Origin: Eledone cirrhosa
Taxonomy: Eukaryota
DNA: 64,000 nt
Assembly: GCA_964016885.1 (NCBI GenBank)
Contig: OZ024747.1
Coordinates: forward strand, 33,170,001 to 33,234,000
Reading direction: 5' to 3'
The notes under the pieces were generated by a model, which was given only the letters and a program-made list of their open reading frames with translations, made no database searches and was not told the origin of the DNA. Positions 1 through 9,865 of the stretch are shown here, piece after piece. Within the stretch, counting starts at the first letter, position 1, and every line of letters begins with the position of its first letter. The translations under genes were made by a program, and so were the position numbers.

Positions 1-303
1 CAAAATGATACAAATTAAAGCCCAATTTATTATAAACGGTTGCTGACAGTGTGAATAAAACAATGGAAATTTCTGCAGGATAAACATGCCAGAAGCATTG
101 ATGTTTAAATGGAGCATAGAATTAAACCAATTGTAATTTTGTTGTACATCTAAACGAAATAATTTATTTCATTTTAAATAAAATCATTTTGGAGAAGGGA
201 AAACATGAAATAAAAAAAAAAAATGTCTTGCATTACATTTGAATGAGGATATATGTATGCATACAAGCAATATAGATATTCATTATATTTTCATGTGGAT
301 AAA

Positions 304-356
304 TACACACACATACACACACACACGTATATATATATATATATATATTATATACA
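304..356. repeat. (CA)n/(TA)n compound microsatellite
   Basis: Directly visible: acacacac... followed by tatatata... Confidence 0.95.
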
Positions 357-405
357 TATTTCAGAGGTACTGAGCTATTTTCAACATATCTCTGTATATA
401 TATAT

Positions 406-635
406 ACCGCTGGGTAAAGAAATTCCAAGAAATCCCAGTAGAAGGAAGACACAGTAGAGGTAGACCAAGAAAAACATGGGTGGAGGTGGTGAGAGCAGAC
501 CTCAGATCGCTGAAACTCACCGAGGAGATGATGAAGGAGCGTGACAAATGGAGTGATGCTGTGTTGAATAGGACCTGTCCAACCCTTGCAAGCAGGGATA
601 AGCAGACGTAAAATGATGATGATGATGATGATGAT
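406..635 (+). mobile_element. RTE-type LINE, short 5'-truncated 3' fragment with (GAT)n tail
   Basis: Closely matches 9098-9318. It encodes ...RGRPRKTWVEVVRADL...KERDKWSDAV, the C-terminal motif typical of RTE-clade ORFs. It starts at a (TA)n tract and ends in (GAT)n at 613-635. Confidence 0.85.
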
Positions 636-647
636 CTCACTCTATGA

Positions 648-940
648 TAATCATCATCATCACCGTTTAATGTCCATTTTCCACACAAGCATGGGTTAGA
701 TGGTTTGTCCTATTTGAAGCAAGTCGAGGTCAGATGACCATGTCTTGCTGATACAAAACCAATTTTGGCTTGGTTTCTATGACTGGATGTCCTTCCTAAT
801 GCCAGCCACATCTACAGTGCGTACTAGGTGCTTTTTGTTGACACCTACATGACCAATTTACATTGTGGATTGCATGCTTTTGTTGTGATACCTATTCGAC
901 CACTTTACAGTGTGGAGTTGGTGCTTTTTGTCATGTCGCC
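648..940 (-). mobile_element. Non-autonomous retroposon (SINE-like) sharing the RTE 3' end, with internal ~45-bp repeats
   Basis: (ATC)n tail at 649-662. The minus-strand 3' end (tctaacccatgc...ggaaaatggacattaaacggtgatgat) resembles the RTE 3' end. It carries a ctggatgtccttcctaatgcc motif and three diverged ~45-bp units (about 806-940). Homologous to 8314-8520. The far boundary is approximate. Confidence 0.7.
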
Positions 941-1173
941 ATATGATGATGATGATGTTCGTATACATTTTATAAGCGGACTTTGTATGTGTGTGTATAC
1001 ACAAATGAACTGAAAGAAATGTCAAAGAACAGTAAAATGTTTTGATAAACCTTCTGGTCACTGTGACCTTTACAACCAGAACACATTTATAAACTTGTAT
1101 ATATCACATATACAGACATACATACAAAGTTGTAGATGGACATATGTACGTATATATATATATATATATATAT

Positions 1174-1447
1174 CCAGCAAACTTCAACCGTTAAGGTTGT
1201 CTTTTTTCCGGGTATGTCAATATTTATTTATTTATAAAACAAATCTGTATTTTATCTGATGAAAGCGCACCATAATTTGCCTTGGTTGCCCTCGAAATAT
1301 ATATTATAAAATAAATATGGTTTTATAAATATAGTTTCCATTTATTAATATATTGAATATTTACTCCACTAATCAGTTGAGTGCTTTATATCAGTTATAA
1401 CATTTTTAAGCTTGTTGAATCCTAACAAATTAAATATAACCTCTGCA
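1174..1447 (+). mobile_element. Short (TA)n-flanked unit carrying a hammerhead motif, probably a solo Penelope-like terminus or non-autonomous element
   Basis: Bounded by (TA)n at 1151-1173 and 1448-1460. It contains a complete hammerhead core. Minimal hammerheads are characteristic of Penelope-like element termini. Confidence 0.55.
1248..1313 (+). ncRNA. Minimal type-I hammerhead ribozyme (putative)
   Basis: Stem I is TATTTTAT (1248-1255) pairing with ATAAAATA (1306-1313), a perfect 8 bp. Core CTGATGA is at 1256-1262, followed by an imperfect stem II (AGCGCACC...GGTTGCCCT) and GAAA at 1294-1297. Stem III is the palindrome ATATATAT, and the UH site is at 1304-1305. Confidence 0.65.
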
Positions 1448-1563
1448 TATATATATATATCCAGTGAGTGAAACGAGAAGCTACAGTAGGTTCACCCAGG
1501 TGAGCACTCAATGTTTAGGTTCACGTCTGTAGCCAGGTGTAGAACTAAACAGTGTAAATATGA

Positions 1564-1652
1564 TAATACAAGGATGATTTGTTAAGCCTTCATTACGTAT
1601 ATTGATTGTTGATGCGTGTTTCGCTATTGATCTGATCAAGATTCGATCTTTA
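1564..1652. repeat. Left arm of the 89-bp inverted repeat (partner 4847-4935)
   Basis: The reverse complement of 4847-4935 aligns without gaps, with about 14 mismatches in 89 bp by hand count. Confidence 0.9.
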
Positions 1653-1969
1653 TTGATCTGGCTCGACTCTGGAATCAAAAGCTTGTCGGACCTCTGCTGT
1701 GGTAATGACAGAATGAACATATAAAACATAGAAATGTCTGTAATGTTTCACATTCATATGGTGGTCAGTTTATGTTGTTTTGATTGGTAGTTTAGCTATG
1801 AGGACTGGTTTGGCATGCGTGATAGGTGGAGGCGGAGATGCTGTGTGTGGTGTGGGTGTGGAAGGGCTGTGTGTGATGGGACATGAAAGAATGTGGTGTT
1901 GTACTAGGGGTAGGGGGTCTCTACTGGTCATCAGTTTGTCACGGAAGAGTGAGTGGAAAGGAAGAAGGC

Positions 1970-2081
1970 GAGACATAATTGTTTCTACTTTTAACACAAG
2001 GCCAGCAATTTATATTCAGTGTATTACTGGTACTTTATTTTTATCGACCCCGTAAGGATGAAAGGCAAAGTCAACCTCGGC
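1970..2081 (-). mobile_element. Partial duplicate of the SINE 3' half including its target junction
   Basis: Direct copy of 2228-2335, starting with gagacataattgtttctac. Confidence 0.85.
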
Positions 2082-2237
2082 CATGTCCCATCACACACAG
2101 CCCTTCCACTCCCACACCACACACAGCATCTCCGCCTCACCATATACTCACCAAAATGTCTATGTTAAGACAAAACACCACACCGCACATCAGCCATCGC
2201 TCTCCACCACCACCTCGTCACTATAGAGAGACATAAT

Positions 2238-2421
2238 TGTTTCTACTTTAGGCACAAGGCCAGCAATTACCCAGTGCATTACTGGTACTTTATTTTATCG
2301 ACCCCGTAAGGATGAAAGGCAAAGTCAACCTCGGCTGGATTTGAACTCAGATCGTAAAGGGACGTAACTATGCTGGAAAGCATGGCGTCCGACCTTCTAC
2401 CGATACTGCCAATCCACCGCC
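2238..2421 (-). mobile_element. tRNA-derived SINE, full length, with 18-bp TSD
   Basis: Minus-strand A box TGGCAGTATCGG and B box GAGTTCAAATCC, with core gcctttcatccttacggggtcgataaa. The TSD actatagagagacataat is at 2220-2237 and 2422-2439. A close paralogue lies at 7260-7442. Confidence 0.9.
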
Positions 2422-2699
2422 ACTATAGAGAGACATAATGGAGGTAGGTTATACTAGATTGGGGTGGGGCTTATTTGTAAGCTGTTTAAACAACGTTAAA
2501 GGGGATTAGGACAATAAAGAATTAATGAAGTAAAGAAGATGGTATGAGGTTAGTATTTGAAAATATATATAACAAGAATTAATGAAATTATGAATTATGG
2601 TTTGAAAAGACTATAAAAAATTTTTTGAAAAGATTGCTAAAATAACTGAGGATAAAGGCAAGATATCGGTGTGGTGCGTATTGTGTGGAAAGAATATAA

Positions 2700-3170
2700 A
2701 AAGACATATACATATACATGTGCGCACATGCAACCAGAGACATATGCACATGCACGCACATCCACACATGCATCAATACATACATGCATACATCACCCGA
2801 CACACGCATACACAGAAGATACACGGAGCCACACGGACATATATTACAAGATACATTTGCTTGTGGAAGGGCATATGCAATGTCCATATTGGTTATTATG
2901 TACACCTGCGCAGGCACAAAGTGCTCACATACACATTATACGAATTATGCGTAGTTTTGGACACACCATGGCAAACCCACATCGTAGATATGTCTGTGTC
3001 TCCGCATATGTACACACGAATGAGATATGTGTGTTCATAGTCTGGGTGTCCATACGACTATATCGGTGTGCAGGGGTGCAGGAAAACACACACAAACACA
3101 CACACACATATATACATATGCATACATACACAAAACACGCGTGGATGTACATGCAATAGCAGTGCATCTA
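2700..3170. repeat. Degenerate purine-pyrimidine (CA/TA/TG) low-complexity tract
   Basis: Visible cacatg/catata/cacaca runs. Confidence 0.75.
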
Positions 3171-3533
3171 GATGCTAGCATGTGGGATTAAATGGTGGTA
3201 GAAAAAATATGAGAGGAGTGAAAGTGAGCTGGAAAATACATGTGATGTTAAATAATGGTGGTGAAATTAATGATACAAAAGGTGATAAAATCAATTGTGG
3301 TGATGTGTATCGTGCTGGTGGTTTGTGTGTACCTCAAGGGTATGCGGTATGTGTTGTTGTGGTTGAGGGTTGCGGATACATGGTGATATGTTAGTGGTGG
3401 GGGACATGATAAAGGATGCAATATAATATTAACAGGAATAAAAATATAGTTAAAAAAGATAATAGTGGTAATGAATGTAATAATGGTAAAGGGGACGATA
3501 TTAAAATTGATGAGATATGAATAATAATGGAAG

Positions 3534-4845
3534 TTACTCCAATTTTTTGTTTAGGTGGTTATGTTTTGTCCGTGGTTCCTGCCCGAATACCAAGGCGGAG
3601 AATGTATGCTTCCTGGTATGTCTGCAGTTTATTAGGGTTTCCAATCTGAAATTAATGGTTGATTTTAATTTAATGATCTCGGCCAATTCAGCCAGGCACA
3701 ACCTGCAGGGGCTTCCCCCAGTGGGAAGTTGGGCCATACGTCTCCTAATAGACCATTTGATCTGTTATTTCAGGTTCTTATCCTTGAGTTTACAGATCAA
3801 ATCTGCCAGTCTCGTTTCGGAGCGTTTATGTCTGTGGTTGAAGAAGCTTCTGTGGTTGTAGAGTCGCTCCTTAAAGGCTGTTGAGGTTGCGACTATACAG
3901 GTGTATTCATTTCTGCTGGCTGTGACACCGCACTGGTACACAATGTTCCTGATGAGGCACTCCCCACTCAGTGGGCATTCCTCCGGCTTTTTGTAGTTGT
4001 ACCTGGGGGCTATTGCATTGTTGTTGCTGGTTAGTCAGATTATGGTTTGAGTTAGCATGTAGTTGAGCTTTGTAGTGTATTATCTGTGTTGTATTATTTT
4101 GGACTGTGCTAGCAGTTGCTTGGGGTGCTTGCTTGTATTTGTGTATTTTGGTCCTATTAGTGTATGATATGGTGTCGGCTAGATTGGGTATTGTGGAGAA
4201 TGAGAATTTTACTGTGTGTCTGTTAAAGTTCTTGTGGTATTTGTGTGTGGGTGGAAAGGATTGGTCAGGGGCCCTGAAGAATGTTCCTGGTACATTGGTT
4301 GCAAAGTGTATCAAGTACCATGTCACGGTTATTTCCCGCGCCCTATGACGTTTAGTGCGGTTGTTGTGGTTTGGTGTGTGTGAGGGTGTGTTGTGGTCAG
4401 GCGTATTTGTCTTGGGTGTTCTGCTTTCGTTTATACCATTTAATATTTGGTCTCTATTAAAACATATTTGTATGCTATGCTTTGAGTCGTTAAGGTGGTA
4501 TGGCTTTACCTCCTTGGCAGTGGTATGTGTCATTGCCTGTGCTGTCAGCTAAAGGTGGTCCTTGTGTAGTAGTTACTCTAGGGGCAGGGGGCGTTATTGT
4601 CAATATGTGTTGCTAAAGGCCTGCGTAAAGTGTGCAACGTTGTGCTGCTGGTCTGGTCATTGTATGTGATCTTATCTTTATATCCAGCCCTTTATAGTGC
4701 AGAGTTACAGTATTCAGCATGCTGGTTGAAAATAGCTTTATTAGCCGACGGGATGGACACTCTAGTTAGAAACACTCTTAACTAGGTGGTTGGAGTGTCT
4801 ATTAATGTACTTCAAGTTCTCATCAGGTTTATGGTATTGATACAT
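3534..4845 (-). pseudogene. Penelope-like RT C-terminus, linker and GIY-YIG endonuclease, broken by frameshifts and stops
   Basis: Hand translation gives an RT C-terminus (YQYHKPDENLKYINRHSNH...NKAIFNQHAEYCNSAL*RAGYKDKITY) and a linker (FPPTHKYHKNFNRHTVKFSFSTIPNL). It then gives YNYKKPEECPLSGECLIRNIVYQ...YTCIV...FKERLYNHRSFF...IKWSI...CRLCLAE...CRH, a Cys motif plus GIY-YIG domain. These match Penelope-like motifs as I recall them (Naiad-like). Confidence 0.85.
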
Positions 4846-4846
4846 A

Positions 4847-4932
4847 TACAGATTGAACCTTGAGTTGATCAAGAGCGAAACGCGCGTCACCAATCAATAA
4901 ATGTAATGAAGGCTTAACAAATCGTCTTTGTA

Positions 4933-4935
<3 letters not shown>
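4847..4935. repeat. Right arm of the 89-bp inverted repeat (inverted terminal copy at the 5' truncation)
   Basis: Inverse of 1564-1652. It directly abuts the truncated ORF (4845) and a (TA)n tract, and contains GAAACGCGCGTC at 4877-4888. Confidence 0.9.
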
Positions 4936-4968
<33 letters not shown>

Positions 4969-5066
4969 TAGGTATATCAACAATAGCATGCTTATGTAAA
5001 TACAACCTAAGACTTATACAACATTGCAGATAAATTACTTGGTGATCTAAATAACTTCACACACTA

Positions 5067-5110
5067 AGTGTGTGGCTTAGTGGTAACAGTGTTGGACTTA
5101 TAATCCTAAT
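5067..5110 (+). mobile_element. SINE head fragment (A box)
   Basis: gtgtggcttagtggtaacagtgttggac resembles the head at 6741-6790. Confidence 0.4.
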
Positions 5111-6001
5111 TGAACACCAGCATTTACTCATGACCTGCCAAACTAAACCATTTTCAACCTCCAAATTTGGCGAATCAAACGTGGACTACCAATCTTCCCA
5201 AACTTGAAATACATAACCAGACCACAACAGACACTAAATGGGAAAGACATACGTCATCAAACTGCAGCTATCACATTACAAAGATTACAAAGTTTCTATA
5301 TAATAAAGCCAACGCTAATATTATTCAATCTATTTTATCTACTCCAGTTAATTTCAAATAGGTTTTGCTTCTCTTTATGTACAGGTCCACAGTAACGTTT
5401 AATAAGTTGACTTTATGTGCATATATTTCTTATGAAAATGTTGAATTATTTCCTCTGTTTGAATCACACCTTTTCTTAACCTAACAGATTTGTGAACCGT
5501 TCATATTATTATATAATACTGTAATAAGAAACTCTCAGGAGAGCTGGACAGCAAAAGGTCTTCAGAGAAGAACCCCCACTCAAGCGAGTGTTTTGTCCCT
5601 TAACTTCTTACACTCAAAGGAGGCCTGGGCACATCTAGGTCATGACTTCTAGGTGCACTTCTGCTGACATTTAGCCAATCAGATATCAGAGACTTGCTGT
5701 GTATTTAAACTGCATGAGGAATTTGTTGATAGAATCTAGCTGAAACTCTTCTTCATTGCCTTTGCTTTCAAACTGATATTTAATAGTTAGGAACTTGAGT
5801 TTGGAAAAATAATGTTGGTAGTCATAGTAAATATGCCTATCTGTTTTAATCTTGAAAATATTCAAGATATATAAATCTATCAATTCGTACACTTAAGTTC
5901 TTTAAAAACTGTTATTGTTGATGTTAAATTGTTCAGTAAAATCCTTTCTACCCTGACAGAATTACCATGAACCAAAAGATATTTCTCCCATTTACTGTCA
6001 A

Positions 6002-6220
6002 GTGCAGTGGACTGAGAGTATCAGTGAGGAAAGTGACAGACAAAATGACTTGCAGTATTTAGTGGCTTTCCTCTACATTCTTAATTCAAATTCCATTGAA
6101 GTCAACTTTGAGTTAACCTCAGTGGGAATTGATAATATAAGTGCCAAAAAATACTGAAGCCAATAAATTTAACTTGATCTTTTTTCAAAAATCTCTCTTC
6201 TCGTGCCAATTTACAAAACT
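6002..6220 (+). mobile_element. Old diverged SINE of the 7260-7442 superfamily
   Basis: attcaaattccattgaagtcaactttg...gataatataagtgcca...tcgtgccaatttacaaaac parallels the B box, core and tail order of the young copies. Confidence 0.55.
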
Positions 6221-6419
6221 GGAAATTTCAAGTGCTTTTTCATTGACACTGATGAAAATTGTACTGGATTCTATAGGTTTCCCTAGTATACACTTTGAAT
6301 AGTTGCATACATAGTGGTAGGTATCACACTGTATAACCTTCTTTTTGTTTTATGTTCATTAATCACTCAATTCTGGCAGTTTATGTGATGGACAGACAGC
6401 ACATAAATTAGCATGTGCT

Positions 6420-6645
6420 TAAACTGGTCTTTTCCTGCACAGGCAACATTCATTACATCGTCTGAGAGGTTCAGTGTTTTCAGCTAAGCTCTCAAAACTT
6501 CTGTGTAGGTCTTCCTCTGCTGCTTCCTTCTACTGAGACCTTTTGGTATTTCTTCACTCATTGGTCAACAACTTACTTATCATGTATCCATACCAGAGTA
6601 ATCTTCTCCCTTGCACTCTACATCTAATTCCTCTTATACCCATTA
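6420..6645 (-). mobile_element. Old RTE-type LINE 3' fragment
   Basis: The minus strand resembles 9020-9290 (GIRGIRCRVQGRRLLWYG...RGRP), degraded. Confidence 0.6.
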
Positions 6646-6740
6646 TGAATGTATATAACAATTACTTCATAAAAGAATCCTGATATGCATTTAAAATACA
6701 CAACTGACATTATATTTTTATTTAGATTTTTATAGTACTG

Positions 6741-6870
6741 TGAATACGCATGACTTAGTGGTTAGAGAATTGGATTTGCAATTATGAGGTTGTGAGTTAG
6801 ATTTCCAGACTAGGTGATACATTAAGTCCTTGAGTAAAACATTTTATTTTACATTGCTCATTCTGCCACA
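6741..6870 (+). mobile_element. tRNA-derived SINE head (second family), diverged
   Basis: A-box-like TGACTTAGTGG and B-box-like GAGTTAGATTTC, followed by gtccttgagtaaaacattttattttacattgctc. Confidence 0.6.
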
Positions 6871-7029
6871 AGTTGTGATTATATCAACAATAGAAAGACC
6901 AATGGAAACATTGTTTCCATGGTCTGACGAGGACCACCCCACTGAGTAAGATAATTAGGTCTGGGTTCTTGTTGATCGACTTCCTCCCTCCTCTCATAGT
7001 ACTATGAGGTGTCGCAATGTTTTGGTGCA

Positions 7030-7247
7030 CTGTGTGTAGTGGGTAAACATGCTGGACTGCAATATGTAAATCTTGTTTTATGATTAAGTCATTAACAGTT
7101 TGAGTCAAAATTCCACCAAAGTTAGCTTTGCCCTTCATCTTTACAGGGACAATAAAACAAAGTACCAGTAATGCACTAGGGTTTATTTAATTAACTTTTT
7201 CTTCCCTCAAAAGTGTTGGCTTTGTGCCTAAATCAAAAACCATTATT
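7030..7247 (+). mobile_element. Older SINE of the same family as 7260-7442
   Basis: ctttgcccttcatctttacagggacaataaaacaaagtaccagtaatgcact...ggctttgtgcctaaatcaaaaaccattatt. The 5' boundary is approximate. Confidence 0.7.
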
Positions 7248-7259
7248 AGGTCAGCATTA

Positions 7260-7442
7260 CGGGTGACTTGGCAGCATCGGTAGAGGGTTGGACGCCATAC
7301 TTTCCAGCATAGTTACGCCCCTTTACGATCTGAGTTCAAATCCCGCAGAGGTTGACTTTGCCTTTCATCCTTACGGGGTCGATAAAATAAAGTACCAGTA
7401 ATGCACTGGGTAATTGCTGGCCTTGTGCCTAAAGTAGAAACA
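7260..7442 (+). mobile_element. tRNA-derived SINE, full length, with 18-bp TSD
   Basis: A box TGGCAGCATCGG and B box GAGTTCAAATCC. The TSD attattaggtcagcatta is at 7242-7259 and 7443-7460. Confidence 0.92.
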
Positions 7443-8313
7443 ATTATTAGGTCAGCATTAAATGATCTAATCAAATCCTTATTAACTGTGAACATCCAGT
7501 CAGTTTCTCAAATATAGTATATCTGGGTCAACAAATTCTATGTCCATTTTTTAAAATTGATGGCTGTGATTTTAAGGAGTCTTGGCTGTTGTTTCTAGAA
7601 CATCAAGCAACAATTTATAGCTTCCTCGTTAACGGTTGTATATATTTTTATGGTTTTTATTGGCTACACAAATCTTTTTCTGTTGGATATATTGTTTATC
7701 TTCTGTTATTTTTAGAACTTTATTGCCTAGAAACGTCACAAAAATAGTCTCAAACAGCACGTATCTTATTTACTAAAAAGTAGTTTATCTTCCAAATTAC
7801 TATCTTTTTGCCATTGTTTTTGTCGTAATTCTCATTAATTTTGAAGTATATTTGGTGAAAATAACAATTTTATTAATTTTTTTTTATTTTCATTTGTTTA
7901 AAACAATTTTAGAATTATGTTTATGTACATATTTTTGGTATATTATTATAAGACTTTCATTATTGTGTTTTTAAAATATTTTCTCGATCTTGTGAGATTT
8001 TCACTTGTTTCAGTGTTCGTATACAATATTGTTTGTATTTCCTCCTTGAATCTGTGAATTTCTTAATTATCACCTTACCAAGATAATTGAAAAGTGGAAT
8101 GGACTAACACATACATTTACATTGGTGTTTTGTGAAAGCTTGTCAAATAAGGGGTAAGGTGTTTCCTTCTCCTCTGCCCTAAATAATGACCGTATGTAGG
8201 CTAGATACGGACCTCCTCGACCTGTCTGAGACATCACTGGTCCTGCATAGTACTGTTAAATATACAAATATTAGTGTGGGTAGTTAAAAAAAGGTACTGT
8301 AAGCTAGTTTGCT

Positions 8314-8520
8314 TGTGCCATGACAAAAAACATCCAGTCTATACTGTAATGTTGTAATAGTGGTGCCATAAAAACGAAACATTATAAGGTGGCTGGCATT
8401 AAAAAAGGCATCCAGGCATAGTGCACCAAACATAAAATGGACTGCATGTGCAGATGTGGTGACCTGACCTCTCATGCGAGCATGAAAAATGTGTTAAGCG
8501 ATGATGGCGATGATGATGAC
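8314..8520 (+). mobile_element. SINE-like retroposon 3' part with (GAT)n tail (family of 648-940)
   Basis: ggtggctggcattaaaaaaggcatccagg...catgcgagcatgaaaaatgtgttaagcgatgatggcgatgatgatga. Confidence 0.6.
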
Positions 8521-8662
8521 ATGGTATATCATTACAGTTGATGATAAAATATTTATTTATTTTATTAAAGAAATGAATTTTAAAGGAGCCTATACTCTTC
8601 TAACATACAGAGTACTTTTGTTTTAACTATGGTAACCTCTCAATATACATCATGAATCCACC

Positions 8663-8694
<32 letters not shown>

Positions 8695-8697
<3 letters not shown>

Positions 8698-9315
8698 TGG
8701 TTGATAGCTTCCGGTACCTAGGTGATCAGATTAGCAATTGGAGGGGGGTGTTCCGAGGCCATATTATCTAGAATAATGACGGGTTGGTAGAAGTTTAGGG
8801 AGCTGCTTCCTCTGTTGACGAAGAAGGGCTTCTCCCTGCGTACGAAAGGCCGGTTATATGATGCCTGTATGAGATCCGCGATGCTGCATGGTAGTGAGAC
8901 ATGGGCAGCAACTACAGAGGATATTCGACGGCTGGAGAGAAATGAAGCAAGCATGCTCCGTTGGATGTGCAATTTCAATGTACGTGAATGACCAAGCATA
9001 GACGAGTTGAGAAAAATAGTGGGTATAAGAGGGATAAGTTGTGGTGTGTAGGAGAGAAGGCTGAGATGGTATGGACATGTGATGCGCATGGAGGATGACC
9101 GGTGGGTAAAGAAGTGCCAAGAAATCCCAGTAGGAGGAAGACGCAGTAGAGGTAGACCAGGAAAAACATGGGCGGAGGTGGTGAGAGCAGAACTAAGATT
9201 GCTGAAACTCACAGAGGAGATGACGAAGGACCGTGACAAGTGGAGAGATGCTGTGCTGAATAGGACCCGTCCAACCCTTGCAAGCAAGCAGGGAAAAGCG
9301 GACGTAAAATGATGA

Positions 9316-9318
<3 letters not shown>
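8695..9318 (+). mobile_element. RTE-type LINE 5'-truncated fragment (end of RT domain plus C-terminus), inactivated
   Basis: Translation VVDSFRYLGDQI...GW*KFRELLPLL...KGRLYDACMRSAMLHGSETW...RLRWYGHVMRM...RGRPGKTW...DRDKWR carries RTE hallmarks and in-frame stops. It ends in GATGATGA and has (TA)n on both sides. Confidence 0.9.

Positions 9319-9366
<48 letters not shown>
9318..9366. repeat. (TA)n microsatellite
   Basis: About 24 perfect TA units. Similar tracts lie at 1151-1173, 4937-4964 and 8667-8694. Confidence 0.97.
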
Positions 9367-9367
<1 letters not shown>

Positions 9368-9369
<2 letters not shown>

Positions 9370-9784
9370 GAAAATAACGAACAAAACACAGGAGGCAATT
9401 GTTAAGAATATATGCCAAGCTGAAAGGTTATTGAAATACACTGTTTTCTGTTATATAAAAACTACAATAACAACAGAACAAATTCGCTTCTTAAAGCACC
9501 TTCTCTCCTTCAAAATATACACGATAAACATCTCAAAACAAAATACACTATTTACTACTAAACAAAAACAAGCTGAACTCCTAAAACGCACGTTAACAAT
9601 TAATATGAAAAGAATAACATATAAGAAATTGATGAACTTTACAAACAGAAACCCGTTAATATTAAGAACATTTCAAAATCTCACCACACCAAACGAGATA
9701 AAGAAACTGATGAATATCATTTGTCATGAAATAAAATATCCTCAAAAGGAATGTAAAATACGTTTTAATAAAAAAACAATATGA
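9368..9784 (+). pseudogene. ORF remnant (138 codons, K/I/T/N-rich), possibly the N-terminal region of a retroelement (Penelope-like) protein
   Basis: Stop-free for 138 codons in very AT-rich unique sequence, starting right at a (TA)n junction. QIRFLKHLLSFKIY loosely recalls the xIxFLxxCxxxxI motif of retroelement N-termini. The assignment is tentative. Confidence 0.4.
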
Positions 9785-9865
9785 GATATAGAAATAATAA
9801 TAGAAATAGCAGTAAACAACAACGATAACAATAGAGAGAACAACAACAATAACAGCAATAGACTT

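Larger units (their letters stand above)
1461..4936 (-). mobile_element. Penelope-like retroelement (GIY-YIG), 5'-truncated and decayed, with inverted terminal repeat
   Basis: Minus-strand ORF remnants at 3534-4845, an 89-bp inverted repeat (1564-1652 / 4847-4935), and (TA)n on both flanks (1448-1460, 4937-4964). That 1650-3530 is all 3' region of this element is inferred, and it contains later insertions. Confidence 0.75.

Noticed and set aside
2588-3394. Overlapping 70-160 aa ORFs rich in H/T/Y/C/M
   Set aside because: These are translations of dinucleotide low-complexity sequence.
4819-4827. CTGATGAG on the minus strand as a hammerhead core (also 1929-1935)
   Set aside because: The first lies in RT coding sequence (KPDE). 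Neither has a suitably placed GAAA or pairing stems.
5360-5900. Possible host exon (pyrimidine tract plus CAG near 5383; ORF 5686-5892)
   Set aside because: No convincing donor site or recognisable protein similarity, so it cannot be supported from sequence alone.
7260-7350. tRNA gene (A and B boxes)
   Set aside because: There is no cloverleaf, and it is followed by a SINE core, tail and TSD.
9782-9784. Selenocysteine or readthrough at the single in-frame TGA (some Naiad Penelope-like elements are reported to recode UGA)
   Set aside because: No SECIS was identified, and compensating 1-bp indels explain the stop more simply.
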